64,000 nt of DNA from an uncultured Gammaproteobacteria bacterium (GCA_964621305.1 CAZUOM010000005.1:18647-82646), one strand, 5' to 3'. Shown: positions 1 through 10,476, counted from the stretch's first letter. Program-made: numbers and translations. Notes: generated from the sequence alone by a model not told the origin.

Positions 1-18
1 TTTTGTAGGTGTCTATAA

Positions 19-1125
19 TCATGTCTTTTTCACCACAAACTTCTCGTCCAATCTTTTCAGGTTTTCTACCACCCCTGTGTACTCCAGCTCATCCATACCC
101 GCCATGGCCGGTCCGTAGAAGCCCTGACGGCGCATTTCGAGGGTTTTCTCAGTTGCTTTAGCGCGGATGGCGTCCCAGAATGGCTGGTCGAAGAGGTCGA
201 CGGCCTCAGTTAGCTTTCCCTCGTGAACACAGTAGCCGGCTGCAGAAACAATAGTGGGGCCGTCAAAATAGGAAATGATCGTGCCCTGTTTAACTGGCAT
301 CACAGCCACGTGGTGACTTCCTCGATTGTCGCCAAGCGTGTAATGAGCAAGCGACCACGGCGAAAGAATCTCACCAGTCGATGGAAATTGTTTCTGTGAT
401 CGAACGATAGCAACGGGATCGTCTTTACCTACGTATTTTCCCGCGATGTTGTGAAGGCGACTGGTCGATGCGACAGCTGCTTGTAATCCTGATTTGTTTT
501 CCCAAACGCTTTCAATAACGTAGTGATTAGGATCTCGTAGAAGTGTACAAAGGTCGTAATAATCTTGCGGGGCCGTGAGCGTAATTGTTCTATCTGCATC
601 TGTGTAATTAACGTCCATGATTGTAAACCTAAATCCTGCACTCATATCTGGAGCCAAAAGAAGGCCAGCATTGTGGTATGGACTTGCATGCGCCTCAAAC
701 AGCGGATAGTTAAATACCCCAGGCCCGCACTTGTCAGCGGCAAAGACTATAAATGGTTCTGCAGGGCGCTCTTCAAACTCCATCTCTGACGATCCCGGGC
801 CCATTCCTCGGACGTTGCCTGAAAAAGCGTCTTTGAGAAGATCCTGACCTGCGCCATAAAGGCCCTGCGACTTAGCTATTTTTGTCGTCTCCACAAAAGT
901 ATCCCATGCTAATTTATGAATATCAGCATTATCGACACCTCTGGTATGAGTCATAAGAAGCGCGATGTCGTCGCCAGTAAACGTAACACGGCTGTCGATG
1001 AGCAATCCTTTGCTGATGGCTTGGGTTTGAAATTCTTTCGCCTTTTCAAGCATGGCTTCGCTGGGCCTGTTGTGGCCACCGATAGAGCCGGTATCTGCTT
1101 TTATTATAGAAAGTGTTATTTTCAT
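19..1125 (-). CDS. fbp: Bifunctional fructose-1,6-bisphosphate aldolase/phosphatase (class V, archaeal type)
   Basis: N-terminal IKADxGSIGGH, GDD, GLYGAGQDLLKDAFSGNVRGMGPG, HNIAGKYVGKDDP (Schiff-base Lys and Tyr) and C-terminal ELEYT motifs. Confidence 0.93.
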   Translation of the reverse strand: MKITLSIIKADTGSIGGHNRPSEAMLEKAKEFQTQAISKGLLIDSRVTFTGDDIALLMTHTRGVDNADIHKLAWDTFVETTKIAKSQGLYGAGQDLLKDAFSGNVRGMGPGSSEMEFEERPAEPFIVFAADKCGPGVFNYPLFEAHASPYHNAGLLLAPDMSAGFRFTIMDVNYTDADRTITLTAPQDYYDLCTLLRDPNHYVIESVWENKSGLQAAVASTSRLHNIAGKYVGKDDPVAIVRSQKQFPSTGEILSPWSLAHYTLGDNRGSHHVAVMPVKQGTIISYFDGPTIVSAAGYCVHEGKLTEAVDLFDQPFWDAIRAKATEKTLEMRRQGFYGPAMAGMDELEYTGVVENLKRLDEKFVVKKT

Positions 1126-1135
1126 CTCATTTTAT

Positions 1136-2773
1136 TTAACCATTCCCCAAAAAATCTTGCAAGAGGTTGTTTCCGGTCATATCAGTTGGGATAGGTATCC
1201 CCATGTGCGAAAGGATTGTTGGGGCAACATCTCCAAGTTTTCCTTTGGGTAAACTATATCCAAAGCCTTGAAATTTTTTCTGGATGATCATAAGTGGCAC
1301 GGGATATGTCGAGTGTTCGGTGTCCATGCTGCCATCAGCTGTAAGCATCTCCTCAACGTTTCCATGGTCAGCCGTGATAAAGCATGTTCCGTCCATAGCC
1401 AATGCCTGACTGACTATCTCACCTACACATCTGTCTGTTGCTTCACAGGCTTTTATGGCTGCAGCGATATTTCCAGTATGAGCTACCATATCCGGACAAG
1501 CGATGTTAACCACGCTAAATGCATACACACCGAGCTTGAGACGGTCGATCAGACGATCAGTGAGCTCGTAGGTAGACATCTCAGGCATTAAGTCGTATGT
1601 CGTTATATGGGGTGAGGGAATGATAATTCGATCTTCTCCAGGATATGCATCTTCATGTAGTCCATTAAAATAATACGTAACAAATCGCTCTTTCTCTGAT
1701 TCTGCAGCGCGCAGCTGTCTCAATTTATGATCAGCAATCACCCGACCAAGAGAATTATGAATCTGCTCAGGTGGAAATGCAACCATAACGGGAAGATTAC
1801 GCTCATATTCTGTCATCGAGACAAAAAAAAGAGAACTTAATACTTTGTGGCGGAAAAACGGCCTGCGCCCAGCGGGTTCAAGAGTATGTTTGTGTACATA
1901 TTTGATCGTATACGGATCGAATGCCATCGACGTTTTTACTTCAAAGTCAGGCAATACAAATGCACGAGTAAGTTGTCGCGGTCGATCGATACGATAATTA
2001 AAAAAAATGACGGCATCGTTATTATCTATCCGGGGCCTCGCAATACCCGTCTCATCGAGAATTATAGTTGGTTCGACGAACTCGTCAGTTACACCAGAGG
2101 CGTAAGATCGCTCCAATGCCTCGCGGGCGCTTTTCGCCGTTCGGGATGTACTCTCCGTCAGCGCCACATAGGCTTTTTCGGTGCGATCCCAGCGACAATC
2201 TCGATCCATAGCATAATACCGGCCAGTAATAGTTGAAACGACTCCGATTCCCATCGTCGTACAAGTTTCTTCTAGTTCGTTGATGAAACGAAGCCCAGCC
2301 TGTGGAGGAGAATCTCGCCCATCTGTTATTACATGCAAATAGACCGGTCGAAAGCAATTATGTTGTTTTACCATCTCTAACAAAGAATATAGATGGTCCC
2401 TACTAGAGTGAACTCCGCCATCGCTTAACAAGCCTATAATATGGAGTGAAGACTCATGATTATTTACATGAGCGATAGCTGCTGCAAAAGCCCCATTTCG
2501 ATAATAACTTCCATCGGCAATCGACATATTTATTTTTGGTAGATCCTGCAAAACGACACGCCCCGCACCAATGTTTACGTGGCCTGTTTCCGTGTTTCCA
2601 TCTTCGTTCGGTGGCAAACCGACGCCTTCCCCCGATGCAATGAGTTCACTGTGCGGATAGCTTTGCCACAATGAAGGAATCGCGGTAAGGTTTGCTTGCG
2701 ATATCGCATTCCCTGGGCCAGAAGGTGCTATTCCCCAACCGTCGAGGATGATAAGAATAGTAGGTTTAACCAT
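1136..2773 (-). CDS. gpmI: 2,3-bisphosphoglycerate-independent phosphoglycerate mutase
   Basis: ILDGWG, GNTETGH, SDGGVHS, DGRD, GRYYAMDRD, DMVAHTG, TADHGN motifs. Confidence 0.95.
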   Translation of the reverse strand: MVKPTILIILDGWGIAPSGPGNAISQANLTAIPSLWQSYPHSELIASGEGVGLPPNEDGNTETGHVNIGAGRVVLQDLPKINMSIADGSYYRNGAFAAAIAHVNNHESSLHIIGLLSDGGVHSSRDHLYSLLEMVKQHNCFRPVYLHVITDGRDSPPQAGLRFINELEETCTTMGIGVVSTITGRYYAMDRDCRWDRTEKAYVALTESTSRTAKSAREALERSYASGVTDEFVEPTIILDETGIARPRIDNNDAVIFFNYRIDRPRQLTRAFVLPDFEVKTSMAFDPYTIKYVHKHTLEPAGRRPFFRHKVLSSLFFVSMTEYERNLPVMVAFPPEQIHNSLGRVIADHKLRQLRAAESEKERFVTYYFNGLHEDAYPGEDRIIIPSPHITTYDLMPEMSTYELTDRLIDRLKLGVYAFSVVNIACPDMVAHTGNIAAAIKACEATDRCVGEIVSQALAMDGTCFITADHGNVEEMLTADGSMDTEHSTYPVPLMIIQKKFQGFGYSLPKGKLGDVAPTILSHMGIPIPTDMTGNNLLQDFLGNG

Positions 2774-4044
2774 TATTTACCCAAAAACAACTCTGATTCT
2801 ATTTGTAGTAACCGATTATATTTGGCGACGCGTTCACCCCGTGCTGGCGCCCCAAATTTGACGTAATCGCACTGGACGGCAACAGCCAAATCAGCAATAA
2901 ACGCATCATTGGTCTCTGCGCTGCGATGTGAAACAATGGTTGAAAGTCCGGCATTTTTTGCTTTGGTCACTACCTGAAGGTATTCAGACAGCGTGCCGAT
3001 TTGGTTTGGCTTAAGAAGCACGGCAGAACAGGCTTTTTGCGCAATAGCTTGATCGAGACGAGTAGCATTAGTGGCAACCAAATCATCACCAATAATGAGT
3101 ATTTCTTTTCCTATTTCAGCAGTCATTATCTTCCAACCTTCCCAATCATCTTCATCTAACGGATCCTCCAAAAGTAGAAGTCGATATTGACGATGAAGGT
3201 CAATAAGATACTTGGCAAAATCTTTTGGCGCAAGCTCTTGAGGTTTATCCTTGATGCGGTAGCCTGATGGCGTTTTAAAATGACTGGCGGCAACGTCCAC
3301 GCCCAAAAAAACATCAACGCCAAAAGTGTATGGAGATTGTTTGATGGCATCCAGTAGCAAGGCAAAAGCCTCCAGATTGGTAAAGAGATTGGGAGCAAAA
3401 CCTCCCTCGTCACCTACGGAATGAACGGCGTTGCGGTAAATCAAAATGTCATTGAGGACATGATCAAGCTCCGCCCCCATCCGGAGGGCAGCATGATACG
3501 GCTTGTTTGTCGCTGGCACGACATGGAACTCTTGAAAGTCCAAATTGCCCGCCCCGTGTTTTCCGCCGTTGATAAGATTTAGTATTGGTGTGGGAATCCG
3601 CTTGATGGGTGTCGGCAGAAGTGTAGCAAAAAGCGAATTTAAGTATGCATACAGCGGACTGCGCTCCTGCGCCGCAGCAGCAGTAGCCACAGCCAATGAA
3701 ACCGAAAGAATGGCATTTGCCCCTAGCCTAGCTTTATTTGGCGTGCCATCGAGCTGGATCATGGCAGAATCGATAGCGCCTTGATTTAGTCCGTCCATGC
3801 CACGTATCTTCGGCCCGATGATCGTGTTGACGTTGTTGACTGCTGAAAGTACCCCCATGCCGCCGTAGCGCTTCATGTCCTTGTCCCTAAGCTCCACCGC
3901 CTCGTAGGTGCCTATCGAGGCCCCTGCCGGCACGGAAGAAACACCGCGGTAGCCGCTTTCAAAAACCACCATCGTTTCAACAGTCGGGTTGCCGCGAGAG
4001 TCTAGGATCTCGCGAGCAATGACGGCGTAAATTTTTGATGACAT
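2773..4044 (-). CDS. eno: Enolase
   Basis: REILDSRGNPTVE, GDEGGFAP, LLKPNQIGT, SHRS, RGERVAKYNRLL. Confidence 0.97.
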   Translation of the reverse strand: MSSKIYAVIAREILDSRGNPTVETMVVFESGYRGVSSVPAGASIGTYEAVELRDKDMKRYGGMGVLSAVNNVNTIIGPKIRGMDGLNQGAIDSAMIQLDGTPNKARLGANAILSVSLAVATAAAAQERSPLYAYLNSLFATLLPTPIKRIPTPILNLINGGKHGAGNLDFQEFHVVPATNKPYHAALRMGAELDHVLNDILIYRNAVHSVGDEGGFAPNLFTNLEAFALLLDAIKQSPYTFGVDVFLGVDVAASHFKTPSGYRIKDKPQELAPKDFAKYLIDLHRQYRLLLLEDPLDEDDWEGWKIMTAEIGKEILIIGDDLVATNATRLDQAIAQKACSAVLLKPNQIGTLSEYLQVVTKAKNAGLSTIVSHRSAETNDAFIADLAVAVQCDYVKFGAPARGERVAKYNRLLQIESELFLGK

Positions 4045-4093
4045 ACATTAAGTTATAAAGTTTATAAAGTTAAAAGTCCTTAAAGTAAAAGCT

Positions 4094-6391
4094 TTATAAC
4101 TTTATAACTTTATTAACTATTTTGTTTTCCGCCTGATAAACAGTTTCTCTTACGTGATCTACGGCATCCGGGTTTACCGAGACGCTTGTGATGCCCCAAC
4201 TGACAAGTTTTTCAACGAGCTCCGGATAATCTGACGGCGCTTGCCCGCAGATAGAGCTAGTAACTGCGCGTTTGGCACAGGTTTTGATAGTACGTTCAAA
4301 CGCCCACAGGACTGCATCATCAACTTCGTAAAAGTCTTTGGCTACCTCGCTATTGTCTCGATCCGTGCCCAGTATGAGCATGGTTAAATCATTGGAGCCA
4401 ATGGAAACACCATCAATCCCGATGTCAAGGTATTTTTCAATCAAAATGGCATTTGTCGGGACTTCGACCATCATCCACAAACGAAATGTTGATGAGCGAC
4501 AGAGCCCGGATCCTGTGACGATTTTCTTAACCTCCAAAAGTTCTCTGGGCGAACGCACAAATGGTATCATCAAAGAAAGATTCTTCAGTCCGTGCTTGTT
4601 GCGAACCGCTTTGATTGCTTCCAGCTCCAACTCAAACACCCGAGGATCGGCAATATAGCGCGCCGCACCGCGGTACCCGAGCATGGGGTTTTCTTCTTTA
4701 GGTTCGTACTTTTCCCCACCTTTGAGGTCTCGGAACTCATTGGTGCGAAAGTCGCTGGCCCGGTACACAACCGGCCGGGGATGAAACGCCTCACAAATCG
4801 TAGTCATCCCGGAAGATAAACGGTTGATAAAAAATACTTCTTTCCTTTCGTCGATAAGTTTCCTTGGGTGGGTACCTATTTGAGCCATCATAAACTCCGC
4901 GCGTAAGAGCCCCACGCCATCTACATTCATTTTTGCCACTTCTTTTGCACGATCCGGTTGAGCCAGGTTGACGTAGACATGGGTAGCGGTTTTTAAGTTC
5001 TTCCTGAAAACACCTTTGGCGATTGGGTTTTGGGTTCCACCTTCTCTTTTCACAACTCCTCGATATATCTCCCCCATCGATCCATTGACCGTTATTACCA
5101 AACCGTCTTTGAGCAGTTTCCTTGCTCCAGTTGCGCCAACGACACACGGGATACCCAGTTCCCTAGAGACGATGGCCGCATGAGACGTTCTACCTCCCTG
5201 TTCTGTGACAATTGCAACGACCTTCCTCATAACGGGAACATAATCCGGGTTGGTCATTTCTGCTACCAATACGCTGCCAAATTTTACTCTGTGCAGTTGG
5301 TTGGGAGACGAAAGTTGAGCCACCGGTCCGCTGCCAATACCCGGACTTGCCGCATCGCCCTTCAGCAGCAAAGCTGCTTCAGGGTAAACCCTCTGTGTTG
5401 CTTGCCCTGAACCCCGTTCTGCGGGGTGAAGGGTTGTTATCGGCCTCGTCTGCACTAAATATATCTTTTTTTTCTCAATGGCCCATTCGGCGTCCTGAGG
5501 AAAAAAATAGTGATGTTCCAATTTTTTGGCCAATACGGCAAGCTCAAGAATCTCCGCATCGGTCAATTTCTGCTTACTTCCCAGTGTTTTTGTTATCCTG
5601 GTTTCCACGTTTTTACTACCCTTTCGCGCGAGCATCAAATCCTGCGTGCGGGTCTGTTTAACTAAGATCGTTAACTTCTTTTTATCTACTTCATAGTGAT
5701 CAGGCGTCACGGCGCCCTGGACGATCATTTCTCCGAGTCCGTAAATTGCTTCAATGACAATTTTTGATTTATCGTTAGTTACCGGATCGATCGTAAACAT
5801 GATACCTGATTTCTCCGACTCAACCATTTTTTGTACTGGAACGGCAATACCAACCTTAAAGTGATCAAAATTGTTCGTTGCTCTGTAAAATATCGCTCGT
5901 GCAGTAAAAAGCGACGCCCAGCACTCCTTTACTTTTTCAATGAGGTTAGCTTCACCCTCTACGTTGAGAAACGTCGCCTGCTGGCCGGCAAATGACGCAT
6001 TCGGTAAGTCCTCAGCGGTCGCTGATGAGCGTACGGCAACGAGGGGATGTTTAAAGACACCGTCGCCGCCAAGTTTAAAGTAGACTCGAATTATTTCTTG
6101 TGCGATCGATTTAGGAAATTCGAAGCGCGTGATAAAATGCTGGATATTTTTTGAAGCTTTCTCAAGGGCTTTACTATCGCTTACCTCTAATCCTTCTAGT
6201 TCCTTCTTAATCCTCTTTTCTAGCTGGTTATGATTTAGGAAATCCTGGTAAGCCTTTACAGTTACGATAAAACCAGGAGGCACTGGGAATCCGGCCTTTG
6301 TCATCTCGCCAAGATTTGCTCCCTTTCCGCCGACGATATCTACGTCTTCGCGATCAACCTCATTAAACCAAACAACATACTTTGCGGGCAT
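4094..6391 (-). CDS. ppsA: Phosphoenolpyruvate synthase (pyruvate, water dikinase)
   Basis: VGGKGANLGEM, AVRSSATAEDLPNASFAGQ, GGRTSHAAIVSRELG (phospho-His), GVGLLRAEF, SIGSNDLT. Confidence 0.95.
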   Translation of the reverse strand: MPAKYVVWFNEVDREDVDIVGGKGANLGEMTKAGFPVPPGFIVTVKAYQDFLNHNQLEKRIKKELEGLEVSDSKALEKASKNIQHFITRFEFPKSIAQEIIRVYFKLGGDGVFKHPLVAVRSSATAEDLPNASFAGQQATFLNVEGEANLIEKVKECWASLFTARAIFYRATNNFDHFKVGIAVPVQKMVESEKSGIMFTIDPVTNDKSKIVIEAIYGLGEMIVQGAVTPDHYEVDKKKLTILVKQTRTQDLMLARKGSKNVETRITKTLGSKQKLTDAEILELAVLAKKLEHHYFFPQDAEWAIEKKKIYLVQTRPITTLHPAERGSGQATQRVYPEAALLLKGDAASPGIGSGPVAQLSSPNQLHRVKFGSVLVAEMTNPDYVPVMRKVVAIVTEQGGRTSHAAIVSRELGIPCVVGATGARKLLKDGLVITVNGSMGEIYRGVVKREGGTQNPIAKGVFRKNLKTATHVYVNLAQPDRAKEVAKMNVDGVGLLRAEFMMAQIGTHPRKLIDERKEVFFINRLSSGMTTICEAFHPRPVVYRASDFRTNEFRDLKGGEKYEPKEENPMLGYRGAARYIADPRVFELELEAIKAVRNKHGLKNLSLMIPFVRSPRELLEVKKIVTGSGLCRSSTFRLWMMVEVPTNAILIEKYLDIGIDGVSIGSNDLTMLILGTDRDNSEVAKDFYEVDDAVLWAFERTIKTCAKRAVTSSICGQAPSDYPELVEKLVSWGITSVSVNPDAVDHVRETVYQAENKIVNKVIKL
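5404..5433. repeat. REP-like hairpin element in frame in the ppsA interdomain linker
   Basis: GCCCTGAACCCCGTTCTGCGGGGTGAAGGG (30 bp, inner stem ACCCCG/CGGGGT); ends resemble the CCCTTC...TCAGG element in murT. Confidence 0.5.
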
Positions 6392-6426
6392 GAAATAAGT
6401 ATGAAGAGTTATTTGCGACTTTACAA
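6392..6426 (-). promoter_or_regulatory. Putative sigma70 promoter of ppsA, leaderless geometry
   Basis: Minus strand TTGTAA-17 nt-CATACT-6 nt-ATG. Confidence 0.55.
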
Positions 6427-6460
6427 GGTCTCACCTTGCAGTATTGCAAGGCGAGACCTT
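6425..6460. repeat. 36-bp palindrome (REP-like), copy 1
   Basis: AAGGTCTCACCTTGCA-GTAT-TGCAAGGCGAGACCTT, 16-bp arms with one mismatch; related copy at 58854-58889. Confidence 0.8.
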
Positions 6461-6466
6461 AAGAAA

Positions 6467-7540
6467 TTAAGTCTTTGCCAGTTCTGCCTTGAAATAGTCA
6501 ACCCAAGGGATTTTGCTGGGATTGATGTCGTAGAGCATTGACATGTAGTAGTTTACGTAAGCGCCAAACTGGATACATTCGAACACTTGCGCGACTTTTG
6601 TCTTCGACTCTGGGACAAATTCCTCTATATGCATTCCCTGCTTTCGCACGACATCCTTGGTTATTGCGACTCTCTTTTCAATAACCTCTGAATAAAGATT
6701 AGACGTGAGAAATAAAAACGTAAGTATTTGTTTATTCTTGTTTGGAAATGTGAGTGCCTCCATCAGGTGGTGGTTGAGCTCTGGTATGTCATGGTAGGCT
6801 GCAAACGCTTTAGCACACTCATGGAATTGATTGCGAATGACCCGGCCAACCTGCAATAAAAATTCTGCTGAGACGATAATCGGTATTTTCTCAAACCACG
6901 TAAGTGCCAACTGCTTAGCGGAGTTGCTTGTCGTGGGCACAGAAAGTCCAAAAGATCTGTTTCCCTTATCGGCAACCGCTTCAATATCGCCGCTATCTTT
7001 ATCTGAAAGCGAAATAAAACCAAGGCTATTGATAATAGCCATCTGACCGTATACGGTATAACCTGTACCAAGACGCGGCTGTGCTGACGGATTATAAAGC
7101 GGATTAAAAATATATGCCGGGACTTTAAAGCTTGCGAAAACATCTCCAAGTGTCTTTCCGATGGTAATACCGGTCAATTGTGCGTTTTTTTCTCCGGCTT
7201 CCTTGGCGCAGGCAATCGCCTCTTCGGTAGTTCCCGAGTAGCTGCAAACTATCACCAAGGAATCTTTGTTAACGTAGGGCGGCAAATGATAGCCGTTAAT
7301 AATTTCAAATGGTACTTTCAATTCATCGAAAAAAAGCGATTTGATAACATAGGCGCCCAGTGCCGACCCACCCATGCCGGCAAACACAATGTTTTTTACG
7401 TTTCTGTAAAAGTCCGGAAACCGGATTTTTTTAACGTCTTCCCACGCCTGCTGACACTGTTTTCCTAAGAGTTCAATCGACCCCAAAACATTTTCCTCAT
7501 CAAGCCTATTAACCGCAGCAATATCATCAAGATTTTGCAT
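6467..7540 (-). CDS. Bifunctional phosphoglucose/phosphomannose isomerase (SIS domain)
   Basis: GMGGSA, SYSGTTEE, QPR, NQFHECAK, PELNHH. Confidence 0.88.
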   Translation of the reverse strand: MQNLDDIAAVNRLDEENVLGSIELLGKQCQQAWEDVKKIRFPDFYRNVKNIVFAGMGGSALGAYVIKSLFFDELKVPFEIINGYHLPPYVNKDSLVIVCSYSGTTEEAIACAKEAGEKNAQLTGITIGKTLGDVFASFKVPAYIFNPLYNPSAQPRLGTGYTVYGQMAIINSLGFISLSDKDSGDIEAVADKGNRSFGLSVPTTSNSAKQLALTWFEKIPIIVSAEFLLQVGRVIRNQFHECAKAFAAYHDIPELNHHLMEALTFPNKNKQILTFLFLTSNLYSEVIEKRVAITKDVVRKQGMHIEEFVPESKTKVAQVFECIQFGAYVNYYMSMLYDINPSKIPWVDYFKAELAKT

Positions 7541-7552
7541 ATCGCTAATGTA

Positions 7553-8368
7553 CTACGGACTCAATCCAATAATCCTCAATAATTGTTCGTGGATTTTTCC
7601 GTTGCTAGCCAGAATTCCTCCTGACAGGTTGTGATTTTTCAATGGATACCCGCTCCAGTCAGTCACGGTTCCGCCTGCTTCAGCCACAAGCAACAAACCG
7701 GATGCAATATCATGCCATTTGTTTACGTTTGCGCAAATAATATGCGCGTCAAAGACTCCTCGCGCAACAAGTCCCAAATGTTTGGCATCATCCCAGCCCG
7801 GCCGGATGCGGTAGACGCATTTAATGAGTTTCTCAAGAAGGTTTGTCGTTCGTGCAATATATGTAGAAGCATTCGATTTCGTAGGCAGATGAAAACCAAC
7901 GAAAGAACGTGCAATATCCGACGTTTGGGATACGGCAATTGGGTTGCCATTCAGTATCGCACCATAATCTTTTGCGCAGCTATAAAGCTCATTATTGGAG
8001 CTCCGACAAATTGCCGCCGCTATAAGTTCTCCTTTCTCCTCAACAGCAAGAAGGCAGTTGTATTCAGTCAAACCCCTTGCGTATTCCTTGGTCCCGTCGA
8101 GTGGATCGACAATCCACAGATAGCCGCTTGCCCCTGTGAGATAACCAGATTCCTCTGATTCTATCGCGTGCACTGGATATTTCTCATGGATGAGAGAAAT
8201 GAGAAGTTTTTCCGCTTCAATATCTGCAGTGGTCGCCAGATCTGCCTCATCTTTCATCTGATATATGGTACTTTCTGCCTGATATTTTTGAAGAAATGCA
8301 ATCGCGCGTTGTGTAAAATCTTCACAATCTTTCTGGAACTGCAGATAGGGTTTATTTTCATTCTTCAT
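7553..8368 (-). CDS. Inositol monophosphatase family protein
   Basis: ATTAD, SEE, WIVDPLDGTKEY, WHDIASG. Confidence 0.88.
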   Translation of the reverse strand: MKNENKPYLQFQKDCEDFTQRAIAFLQKYQAESTIYQMKDEADLATTADIEAEKLLISLIHEKYPVHAIESEESGYLTGASGYLWIVDPLDGTKEYARGLTEYNCLLAVEEKGELIAAAICRSSNNELYSCAKDYGAILNGNPIAVSQTSDIARSFVGFHLPTKSNASTYIARTTNLLEKLIKCVYRIRPGWDDAKHLGLVARGVFDAHIICANVNKWHDIASGLLLVAEAGGTVTDWSGYPLKNHNLSGGILASNGKIHEQLLRIIGLSP

Positions 8369-9783
8369 TATTCGAGCGCCTTGACGTTAACACCTTTAGT
8401 AAAGTCAATTTCAGGATAGTTGTGCAAAATTTCACTAACCTGTTTTTTGAGCTTATCATATGCTTCTTGGGTTTTGCCTTCAAACTTTACAGTCAAGTAT
8501 GGTCCGTTTTGGGACGCGCGGACGATGAGCATTTCTTCCTTTGTATCCATGCGAATGCCGTCGATTTCGACGTATTTACCCGCCGGATAAAGTTTTTTCA
8601 TTTCTCCGCCTATTTTTTGACTTACAAGGTCAAACTTGACCGCGTCTGGACAGCCGACTTTAATCTCAGGGCTTGAAATGTACTGAGGCAACTCAGAAAC
8701 CGCCTGCTTAAGCGATTTATTTACCCTAGTCAGGTACGCAAGCAACCGAAGCGTACCCATGGCGCCATCATCATGTCCATAAAAATTATCCACGAAAAAG
8801 AAGTGCCCGGAAATCTCTCCACCAAATGCAGCGCCTTCCTCGCGGACTTTAGCTTTAATAAACGAGTGCCCTGTTTTCCACATAACCGGCCTGCCGCCGT
8901 GGCTCTTAATCACCTCATCCACCTGTTTGGAGCAAAGCGTGTTGTAGACAATTTTTGCACCAGGTAAGTAGTCCAAAATATCAATTGAGCAAATTGAAAC
9001 GAATGTATCGTTCCAGATGAGCCCACCCTCTCCATCCACTATGCCGACGCGGTCGCCGTCAGCGTCATAGGAAAATCCAATGTCAGCTTTATCCGCAACG
9101 ACGCGTTTGGCTAACCGTTCCTGAACCTCTCGCTCTGTTGGGTCAGGAGTACCGACGGGAAAGTTGCCATCAGGCTTGGTATGTTGCTCAATTACCGTAC
9201 ACCCAGCTCGTCGTAGAATTTCCGGCAAAAAAAGGCCTGGCGTTGAAGCGCAGGCGTCAACAACAACTTTAAAATTTTTGATGGGGCCGATTCTTCTCAT
9301 TAAATCGTCAACGTATTGCGCAAACACATCCTTCTGGAGGTGTATACCGTTGGGGGCTTTGGCGGTAAATTTGCCACTTTTGACCAAATAGCGAAGCTCG
9401 ATAATTTCCTCCGTCACCATGGTTTCGGAAAATCCCGAGCCGAACTTAAAACCGTTGTATTCCTTAGGGTTATGCGAAGCAGTGATCATGACTAAACCAC
9501 GTGTACGGAATACGTATTGAGCGAAATAGGAAATCTGGGAAAGAGTGATACCGATATCATAAACGGTTATTCCTGATTCGGTCAACCCTTTTACAACAGC
9601 ATCACGAAACGCGGGGCTGCTTGTCCGGCAATCAAATCCTACGACGCAATCAAAAACTCGGCGCTCTAGCAGCCACGTTGCATACCCTCGGGCCAAATAT
9701 TCTACGTTTTCCGTAGTCAATTCTTTATCAACGAGTCCCCGTAAGTCATACCCGCGAAATACATGATCAGGTATAGGCACCAT
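8368..9783 (-). CDS. Phosphomannomutase/phosphoglucomutase
   Basis: FRGYDLRG, MITASHNP, DADGDR, KTGHS, GEISGH. Confidence 0.93.
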   Translation of the reverse strand: MVPIPDHVFRGYDLRGLVDKELTTENVEYLARGYATWLLERRVFDCVVGFDCRTSSPAFRDAVVKGLTESGITVYDIGITLSQISYFAQYVFRTRGLVMITASHNPKEYNGFKFGSGFSETMVTEEIIELRYLVKSGKFTAKAPNGIHLQKDVFAQYVDDLMRRIGPIKNFKVVVDACASTPGLFLPEILRRAGCTVIEQHTKPDGNFPVGTPDPTEREVQERLAKRVVADKADIGFSYDADGDRVGIVDGEGGLIWNDTFVSICSIDILDYLPGAKIVYNTLCSKQVDEVIKSHGGRPVMWKTGHSFIKAKVREEGAAFGGEISGHFFFVDNFYGHDDGAMGTLRLLAYLTRVNKSLKQAVSELPQYISSPEIKVGCPDAVKFDLVSQKIGGEMKKLYPAGKYVEIDGIRMDTKEEMLIVRASQNGPYLTVKFEGKTQEAYDKLKKQVSEILHNYPEIDFTKGVNVKALE

Positions 9784-9786
9784 AAT

Positions 9787-10476
9787 TTATAAGTTAACGA
9801 TAAATAGCTCTAAATGTTGAGAAAGCGTAAACGGTGAGGCGCCGGTTTTTATGGAGTATTCAATCTCGAGAAGTTTTTTCTCCATAAGGAGCAGAGAATT
9901 CATCGTAAACAACTTAGCTTGAGCTGTCAAGCGACTTGCCTGCCAACCAGCAAGGCCGTCTGGGGTAACGCCATCCCGCAGTTGAATAAGCTGCCTTATC
10001 CGTCGGACGATCATGGTAAACACAAGCTCCGGCGCTTCGTTCTCAACCAAGCGCTGATACAAGTCAATTAGTGTCTTTGCTTGCGAAGGAGCCAGACCAT
10101 CGAGAAAATGGAAAATGATCGCCGGCATTTTGAATAGCTTGATTTGGATGTTAGTGCCGAGATTTTTGGTAACGTTTGCGCCAACCTCCTTGTATTCCCA
10201 CAACACAACGTCGCTACTTTTGGATGAAGCTGCAATAATTTTAGCCAGTTCCTCAACTAGTTTTGTTTTCTTTCCGATCCGGCTAAAAAGATTTTCGATA
10301 ATAACTAGTGTATCTCCCCCAAAAAGCGAGCTGGATTCAAGCGCCTGTGTAAGAGCGGTTTTATCAAGGTTTCTGCCGTCAAGTTGGCGTATTTCTTTTC
10401 CTTTGGCCGTAAGTTTCAAGCGGTTAAGCTCGTTGCGAGAAGCTTCTGTATGGTCGCCGTGAATAACTGTAATCAT
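9787..10476 (-). CDS. holA: Probable DNA polymerase III delta subunit (short form)
   Basis: N-terminal IHG, SLFG, C-terminal EYSIKTG pattern typical of HolA; 229 aa. Confidence 0.7.
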   Translation of the reverse strand: MITVIHGDHTEASRNELNRLKLTAKGKEIRQLDGRNLDKTALTQALESSSLFGGDTLVIIENLFSRIGKKTKLVEELAKIIAASSKSSDVVLWEYKEVGANVTKNLGTNIQIKLFKMPAIIFHFLDGLAPSQAKTLIDLYQRLVENEAPELVFTMIVRRIRQLIQLRDGVTPDGLAGWQASRLTAQAKLFTMNSLLLMEKKLLEIEYSIKTGASPFTLSQHLELFIVNL

